A stretch of 38,371 nucleotides of DNA from Candidatus Magasanikiibacteriota bacterium (lineage in GTDB: Bacteria > Patescibacteriota > Patescibacteriia > Magasanikbacterales > UBA922). Positions 33,822 to 38,371 of this stretch are shown one piece after another. The DNA lies in the NCBI GenBank assembly GCA_031973355.1, contig DALYDF010000002.1:8253-46623 (forward strand), in the 5' to 3' direction. The notes below the pieces were generated by a model. The model saw only the letters and a list, made by a program, of their open reading frames with translations, was not told where the DNA came from and did no database searches. How positions within the stretch are numbered: the stretch's first letter is position 1; each line of letters opens with the position of its first letter. The position numbers and the translations under genes were made by a program.

Positions 33822-33948
33822 AATAATTGGGTGAAATTTTTTGATGCTTCTATTGTAGTACTTCGTGTTCAGATGTGCAAGTTATCCACACATAGCCTCA
33901 GTAAGGCACATGTGATACACTTATTCCAGTTTATTAATTATTTTACTT

Positions 33949-34752
33949 ATGGACGAAAACAAAAATTCGGTCTTTAGCAGTCTGTCGCCGGCGCAAATTT
34001 TTACGGTCGGTTTAGTGGGGGGAATTATGACGCTCTGTACGCTTGGCTTTTTCATTTTATTACCAATGGTAATGGGTGGAGTAAGTTTTGGTGGTGGCTC
34101 TCGTGGTGCCGCCGTTGATACTGTTGACGCTGGTTCAGTTACCGCTGGAGCAAAAGGTCCTAAAATTGCCGATATTGTGACTGGTTTAGATTTAGATTAC
34201 GATCAATTCAAAACCTGTACTGAATCACAAAAATACGCTAGTAAAGTGCAAACCGACGAAGCTGAAGCCCAAGCGGCTGGTGGCAACGGTACACCATACA
34301 TGGTAATTGTTGGGCCAAAAGGACAAACTGTCCCAATTAAAGGTGCATACCCAGCGGCAGTTATTGACGGGGTAATTAGAAAAATGCTCGGTGAAACCGT
34401 AGCTAATGCGGCTGATTTACCACCAGAAGAAAAAGTAACGGTTCGAGCCGTTGATGCTAAAAAAGAAGTGGTTCGCGGTAATGCCAACGCCAAAATTTCT
34501 TTAATTGAATATTCAGATTTTGAATGTCCATTCTGTAAACAGTTCCACAACACCATGCAACAAGTAATGACTACTCATGAAAAAAATGTTAAATGGGTAT
34601 ACCGTCATTTTCCACTCGACAGCTTACACCAACAAGCTCGTCCTGAAGCGTTAATGGCTGAATGTGCTGGTGAACAAGGTAAGTTCTGGGAATTCACTGA
34701 CAGTGTATTTAAAGTCACTCCATCAAATGATGGCATGGATATTACGCTCTAG
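33949..34752 (+). CDS. Membrane-anchored DsbA-family thiol:disulfide oxidoreductase (CPFC), apparently circularly permuted
   Basis: TM helix IFTVGLVGGIMTLCTLGFFILLPMV. The thioredoxin core is ISLIEYSDFECPFCKQF..RHFPL..ECAGEQGKFWEF. A segment resembling the DsbA C-terminal part (GLDLDYDQFKTC...GNGTPYMVIVG) precedes it. Confidence 0.8.
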   Translation: MDENKNSVFSSLSPAQIFTVGLVGGIMTLCTLGFFILLPMVMGGVSFGGGSRGAAVDTVDAGSVTAGAKGPKIADIVTGLDLDYDQFKTCTESQKYASKVQTDEAEAQAAGGNGTPYMVIVGPKGQTVPIKGAYPAAVIDGVIRKMLGETVANAADLPPEEKVTVRAVDAKKEVVRGNANAKISLIEYSDFECPFCKQFHNTMQQVMTTHEKNVKWVYRHFPLDSLHQQARPEALMAECAGEQGKFWEFTDSVFKVTPSNDGMDITL

Positions 34753-34770
34753 GAAATACTCTAACGAAAT

Positions 34771-34798
34771 AAAAAACCTCTCTACGGAGAGGTTTTTT
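34771..34798. terminator. Bidirectional terminator between the convergent DsbA-like genes
   Basis: CCTCTC (34777-34782) pairs with GAGAGG (34787-34792), flanked by an A-run and a T-run. Confidence 0.8.
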
Positions 34799-34814
34799 AT
34801 TTAGCGGAAAGAGA

Positions 34815-36080
34815 TTATTTTACTTTAGTAATTCCACTTCGGATAAACGCTTGACTGTGTTGGTTGTAAATCTTATAACCAATAGTTTTTTCATCTAACC
34901 ACTCAAGGTCAGTTTTTTCAAACACTTGTCCAACTGGTAAGGTTTTTACTAATGTACGTGTATCGGTCAATAAGTCAAAAACATATAAGTGGCGAGCATT
35001 CCCAGCTTTATCCTCAGAAATCCAGGCTAACTTAGTTTCTGTAGTCGATAATTGCAGATCATTAATTTTGGTTGGCAAAAGTGCACTGAGTTTCATTTTT
35101 ACAATTGATCCGGTACTTAAATCTAATTTATAAAAATTAGATTTTGGTTGTGTTTTGTAAAATGGATTACCAGATTTAAAAAATACGTATTTACGAGCAC
35201 TCGGCGGTGAAATAGGTTCAGCTAAGACTTCTAATAAAACACCTTCATCCGCTAGTTCAGGAAATGTATTCTGTAGATTTTCAATTACTGTAACGTACTT
35301 ACCAGTAAACCAGTTAAAGGCTGTTAGTGATTGTTCGCCGGGTTCATTCTCCATCAAAGTGTACGTCGCTGGTAAATCAGGAGTGGCGAGGCCTTTAGTA
35401 TTAAATTGAGAGGTTCGCGGTGTCCAGCGAAACAGTTGCTCTAGATAGTCCCAATAACGGTCTTGATCAAGGGCACATTGAGCACTATGGGCTAATAAAA
35501 ATGACTGAGGGTGGAGGTCAATGAGCGGATAATCGCGGTACGTAATTTGAATAAAACCAGTGTATTTTTCTTCTAAATCTAATAAAATTTTATCCAAGTC
35601 GCGACAATACTTACAAGACAAATCTACATATACTGCCAAATGAATTGGTGCGTTAGCATCGCCCCAGCCTGGTTCCACACTATTGTCGGGAATATTTACG
35701 GTCGGAGCCAGTAATACTGGAGGAATCGAAGGTGTTTGTTTATTTTTTAATTCACTAAGTAGTGTTTCAAGTGCGGCCCGATCGGCTCCGGATATACGAT
35801 ATACTAAACTCGAGTCAGTAAAAATTAAGGTTTCTGGAACTCCAGGGATAAGAGCAGCCTTGCCTTCATTAATTGACTGTTGAATTGATTCAACCCAACT
35901 GCCATTACGCATACAGGTTTGAAACTGACCCATTTCTACACCACTATCTTTAACGATTTGTTGTAACTGAGGAAAAGTATTGTCAGCGGCTTCGTAAGGC
36001 GGAACGGATAAAGCGTGAGTCGTGGTTGAACTGAATAATAAACCAGCTAAGGAAAGGGAGTAAAGATAAAAATTGCGCAT
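34815..36080 (-). CDS. Secreted DsbA-like oxidoreductase (CKYC) fused to a C-terminal beta-rich domain
   Basis: The start was moved to ATG 36080 (MRNFYLYSLSLAGLLFSSTTTHA signal peptide). The core is IHLAVYVDLSCKYCRDL...RDYPL..QCALDQDRYWDY. It is preceded by GVEMGQFQTC...IPGVPETLIF, giving the same permuted order as the neighbouring gene. Confidence 0.75.
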   Translation of the reverse strand: MRNFYLYSLSLAGLLFSSTTTHALSVPPYEAADNTFPQLQQIVKDSGVEMGQFQTCMRNGSWVESIQQSINEGKAALIPGVPETLIFTDSSLVYRISGADRAALETLLSELKNKQTPSIPPVLLAPTVNIPDNSVEPGWGDANAPIHLAVYVDLSCKYCRDLDKILLDLEEKYTGFIQITYRDYPLIDLHPQSFLLAHSAQCALDQDRYWDYLEQLFRWTPRTSQFNTKGLATPDLPATYTLMENEPGEQSLTAFNWFTGKYVTVIENLQNTFPELADEGVLLEVLAEPISPPSARKYVFFKSGNPFYKTQPKSNFYKLDLSTGSIVKMKLSALLPTKINDLQLSTTETKLAWISEDKAGNARHLYVFDLLTDTRTLVKTLPVGQVFEKTDLEWLDEKTIGYKIYNQHSQAFIRSGITKVK

Positions 36081-36164
36081 ATCAAAATAATTAATATACC
36101 CGCAGTATATACTCCTAATTAATAAATACAAGTGAGTGGCGTATAGTGATTGGTGGGTATATTT

Positions 36165-36350
36165 TAAAACAAAAACACCCTCGATTTCTCAAGGATGTTT
36201 AGGGTGAACTGTTCAGGATTAAACTGGAACACCTTGGAAACAACCGTAAAGCAGTGGCTGGATGTCTTTGAACACTATGGCCTTGCTCAAGAAGTTGCGC
36301 TTTCCTTGGTCAAATAGCCATTTATTTATCTTACAGCTTGGGTATGGAAC
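36165..36350 (+). repeat. Diverged direct repeat, copy A (~190 bp), containing the peptide-A gene
   Basis: It aligns with 37033-37215 across the AAAACAAAAAC.CCC head, the 114-nt ORF and about 35 nt past the stop (TTATCT.A.C...GG.AT.GAAC.C). Confidence 0.6.
36204..36317 (+). CDS. Small protein A, 37 aa: MNCSGLNWNTLETTVKQWLDVFEHYGLAQEVALSLVK
   Basis: GTG 36204 has AAGGA 8 nt upstream (an in-frame ATG at 36195 is an alternative start). TAG at 36315-36317. It is the same length as peptide B, and replacements between them are conservative. Confidence 0.45.
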   Translation: MNCSGLNWNTLETTVKQWLDVFEHYGLAQEVALSLVK

Positions 36351-36455
36351 ACAGTGTGAATGAGGTTATTCTTGGTTATTAATTGGTGCCCCATCAAAAT
36401 TTGTAGCCATCTGCTGTGTCATTGTTTCCCAAATGTTGTTTTTTATATAAAAATT

Positions 36456-36493
36456 GTGTGTCCGTCCCCCTGCTGATGCATAGGCGAACACAC
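36456..36493. terminator. GC-rich hairpin terminator of module 4 (bidirectional)
   Basis: GTGTGT (36456-36461) pairs with ACACAC (36488-36493). On the minus strand it is followed by AATTTTTAT. Confidence 0.6.
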
Positions 36494-36510
36494 GGCGAGT
36501 CCTGAGCACT

Positions 36511-36963
36511 TTACTCCTGCAGCCAGTAAAAGTCGCGGAGCAGCTCGGTGGGGGTAGGCATGCTTCCCTCCTGGCTAGCCTGAGCCAAGAACTCCAGAAA
36601 CTGGGTGAGCTTGTCATGGCCCTCTTCAACCGGAATCGCCCCGTCGATTTCAGGGCCGCCCAGGCGCTGGTGCGCGTACTCGTAGAAGTCAAGGAAGTGG
36701 TAGTGCTTGAGCATGTGAGCCAGTCGAGCGCTGTCCATGTCGTGGAGGGTCTTGTCAGTCTCCGAGTCATGGAACTGGGTGCTTGAGATCACGACGATTG
36801 GCTCCTTGTAGCTGGCCTCGCGCTTTTCACGCACCAGCTTCAGAACATCCTTCCAGCTCGACCGGAAGATGATTTGACTCAGAAGCTCACTCTTGATGAT
36901 CGCCTCGGCTTCCATGATGATGTCGTCGAGCCGGGGCTGAATGCTTTGCAGAAGAATGATCAT
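36511..36963 (-). CDS. GC-rich module 4: acidic soluble 150-aa protein, no recognised family
   Basis: ATG 36963 is preceded by GAGGT, 5 nt upstream. Codons are strongly G/C-ending. The overlapping ORF 36366..36770 is an out-of-frame high-GC artefact. Confidence 0.7.
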   Translation of the reverse strand: MIILLQSIQPRLDDIIMEAEAIIKSELLSQIIFRSSWKDVLKLVREKREASYKEPIVVISSTQFHDSETDKTLHDMDSARLAHMLKHYHFLDFYEYAHQRLGGPEIDGAIPVEEGHDKLTQFLEFLAQASQEGSMPTPTELLRDFYWLQE

Positions 36964-37000
36964 TGTCTACCTCGCGGGTTTGGTGGGGGACGAACATACA

Positions 37001-37030
37001 AATTTAGACAGATTTAAAAAATAATGTCAA
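37001..37030 (-). promoter_or_regulatory. Sigma70-like promoter of module 4
   Basis: On the minus strand: TTGACA (37030-37025), an 18-nt spacer, TAAATT (37006-37001). Confidence 0.5.
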
Positions 37031-37032
37031 TG

Positions 37033-37215
37033 CAAAAAACAAAAACCCCAAATAAATTGGAGTTTTTTGTGAGCCACTTGGGATATAGCTGGAACTCTGT
37101 GCAACACACGGTAAAACACTGGCTTGAGGTTTTCCGGAGGTTTAACCTCGACCAGGAAGTTGCCCTTAGCTTAGCAAATTGAGACTTGTTTTATCTAACG
37201 CACAGGGGATAGAAC
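37033..37215 (+). repeat. Diverged direct repeat, copy B, containing the peptide-B gene
   Basis: See copy A. The two copies lie 865 bp apart in the same orientation and bracket module 4. Confidence 0.6.
37069..37182 (+). CDS. Small protein B, 37 aa: MSHLGYSWNSVQHTVKHWLEVFRRFNLDQEVALSLAN
   Basis: GTG 37069 has GGAG 6 nt upstream. TGA at 37180-37182. It is a paralog of peptide A. Confidence 0.45.
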   Translation: MSHLGYSWNSVQHTVKHWLEVFRRFNLDQEVALSLAN

Positions 37216-37375
37216 CCTAATACTAAATAATAAGGTGTGAGATATTCACTCACAACTTTATCCATGATTGGTTGGCTTTTATATGCTTTACAACCCCTTC
37301 TAGGGCGAGTAATGTAAGTTGTATTAATGCCTAAGAAAATAGCCCCAAGAATAGTTTTTACCCCTAACATAACCT

Positions 37376-38116
37376 ATGGAATTTTTACGCAAACCAGACA
37401 TGTCCACCTTGGTTACATTTGGCCTTGAAGAAGCCAAACAAATTTATGAGTATACCCAGAAAGGGCGATTGTATACGGTTTTGGCGGAAAGCGGCCTTAG
37501 CCTTGAGGAACTCGAAGCAAACAATGGCCAAAAGAAGCATGAAATTGCTGATAAATTGGTAGCGAAAGGCTTAAGGAGTAAGGAAGAAGTTGAATTTTTT
37601 TTGGCTATTGATGTTGCCTTTGCTTACTTTAAGGAAAATAATCCTAAAATTTGTTTTGTCCTAAAAGAAGGATTACGACAAGACAAAATAGAAGTAAGAG
37701 ATATTGAAGACCTAAAGAGCATTATGGCTGAGAATACACCCACCGATTTTGCTATATCGGTTGATGAAGGCCTAAGACAGTTCCAGCTCAAGCGGTATAA
37801 ATCTAAACTGGATACACAGTCCTTCTTTGGGTTTTTGACTAAAACTCTCGGTGACTATGGTACTGGGTTAAATCAAATTAACCTCTTGGTAGTCCTTCAA
37901 AATCCTTATAGCAAAATTCCAATTGAAGGAATGCAAGAAAATAGAATAAACTCTACTGACATCCATAATATGCTTCAGGAACTCAATTTAAAGTACAATG
38001 GCCAGATACTTGTTCTCTACAATGAATCAAATCAATACACAACGCTTGTCCAGGTTTACCCAGAACTTAAAATGATGCAAACTAAACTCAGTCCCACAGA
38101 TTCAGGTTGGGAGTAA
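37376..38116 (+). CDS. Hypothetical protein, 246 aa
   Basis: A clean ORF with no family recognised. Lys codons favour AAG more than in the backbone genes, which suggests an accessory origin. Confidence 0.6.
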   Translation: MEFLRKPDMSTLVTFGLEEAKQIYEYTQKGRLYTVLAESGLSLEELEANNGQKKHEIADKLVAKGLRSKEEVEFFLAIDVAFAYFKENNPKICFVLKEGLRQDKIEVRDIEDLKSIMAENTPTDFAISVDEGLRQFQLKRYKSKLDTQSFFGFLTKTLGDYGTGLNQINLLVVLQNPYSKIPIEGMQENRINSTDIHNMLQELNLKYNGQILVLYNESNQYTTLVQVYPELKMMQTKLSPTDSGWE

Positions 38117-38152
38117 CTAATTTTAGTTGTTAAGGCAACTGTACGTTATAAA

Positions 38153-38323
38153 TTAATTTAAATTTACTTTAAGATTCCCGCTAGGGAGTGAGTTGCGGGC
38201 ACCATTTTCAAGTTTGAGTGTCATCGTATCATTAGGTATTTTTGTAATATAAGCCCACGAAACACTGACTGCACATATTGCAATTATTATCTTAAACCAA
38301 TTTTCCCTTAAAAATTTTCTCAT
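38153..38323 (-). CDS. Possible small membrane-anchored protein, 56 aa (below the ORF-track cutoff)
   Basis: ATG 38323 to TAA 38153-38155 encodes MRKFLRENWFKIIIAICAVSVSWAYITKIPNDTMTLKLENGARNSLPSGNLKVNLN, with one TM helix. Confidence 0.3.
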   Translation of the reverse strand: MRKFLRENWFKIIIAICAVSVSWAYITKIPNDTMTLKLENGARNSLPSGNLKVNLN

Positions 38324-38371
38324 ATTATTTATTATATCTAAATAACGTTCACAATGTTCATTTGTTCACTT

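Noticed and set aside
33882-33890. Perfect DnaA box TTATCCACA (and a one-mismatch box, CTATCCACA on the minus strand, at about 8254-8262) as an oriC hint
   Set aside because: These are single isolated boxes with no cluster, no AT-rich unwinding repeats and no dnaA/dnaN nearby.
1-38371. CRISPR arrays, rRNA genes, transposases, integrases, reverse transcriptases
   Set aside because: I saw no regularly spaced short repeats, no rRNA-like conserved stretches, and no ORF with recognisable DDE, tyrosine/serine recombinase or RT motifs.
1-38371. Alternative genetic code (UGA or UAG reassignment, as in some CPR lineages)
   Set aside because: All conserved genes are full length under the standard code. 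TGA ends the GT2 gene (17301-17303). The similarity past the stops of the two 37-aa peptides involves two different stop codons (TAG and TGA), so a global reassignment is not supported.

Overview
This is a 38.4-kb AT-rich bacterial chromosomal segment. Spacers are tiny, genes overlap by 4, 17 or 32 nt, and housekeeping genes have essentially no Shine-Dalgarno (SD) motif. Together with a SecD carrying an inserted foldase, an archaeal-type UMP kinase, a SWIB protein and an orphan coupling-protein-like ATPase, this suggests a small-genome Patescibacteria/CPR-like organism (inference). The backbone is secA (partial), secD, secF, a Cys/Met-metabolism PLP enzyme, dus (frameshifted), a GT2 polyprenyl-phosphate glycosyltransferase, folD, tRNA-Gln, dnaX, cysS, pyrH, dnaG, rpoD (internally deleted and frameshifted), sod and two DsbA-like oxidoreductases. 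Signals worth a second look: (1) Four sharply GC-rich single-gene modules (about 9654-10240, 15384-15840, 16921-17304, 36456-37030) each carry their own sigma70-like promoter, a strong SD and a GC-rich hairpin terminator. (2) The last module is flanked by two diverged ~190-bp direct repeats, each encoding a paralogous 37-aa peptide. (3) A compact cobalamin riboswitch drives a four-gene operon rich in DUF4430 (transcobalamin beta-domain-like) modules, including a 985-aa surface protein. (4) A 22-codon leader ORF with six Cys codons and alternative terminator/antiterminator pairing sits upstream of the transsulfuration enzyme. (5) A tRNA-like gene has a G3:U70 pair and an 8-nt anticodon loop, and a promoter-plus-terminator mini-transcript next to it carries a perfect 12-nt complement of that anticodon arm. 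(6) A VirD4/TraD-like ATPase operon has no other T4SS genes, and an ATPase-less paralog lies beside secDF. (7) Both DsbA-like proteins appear circularly permuted. No CRISPR array, rRNA, transposase or integrase was recognised. All calls come from reading the sequence and ORF track; no searches were run.
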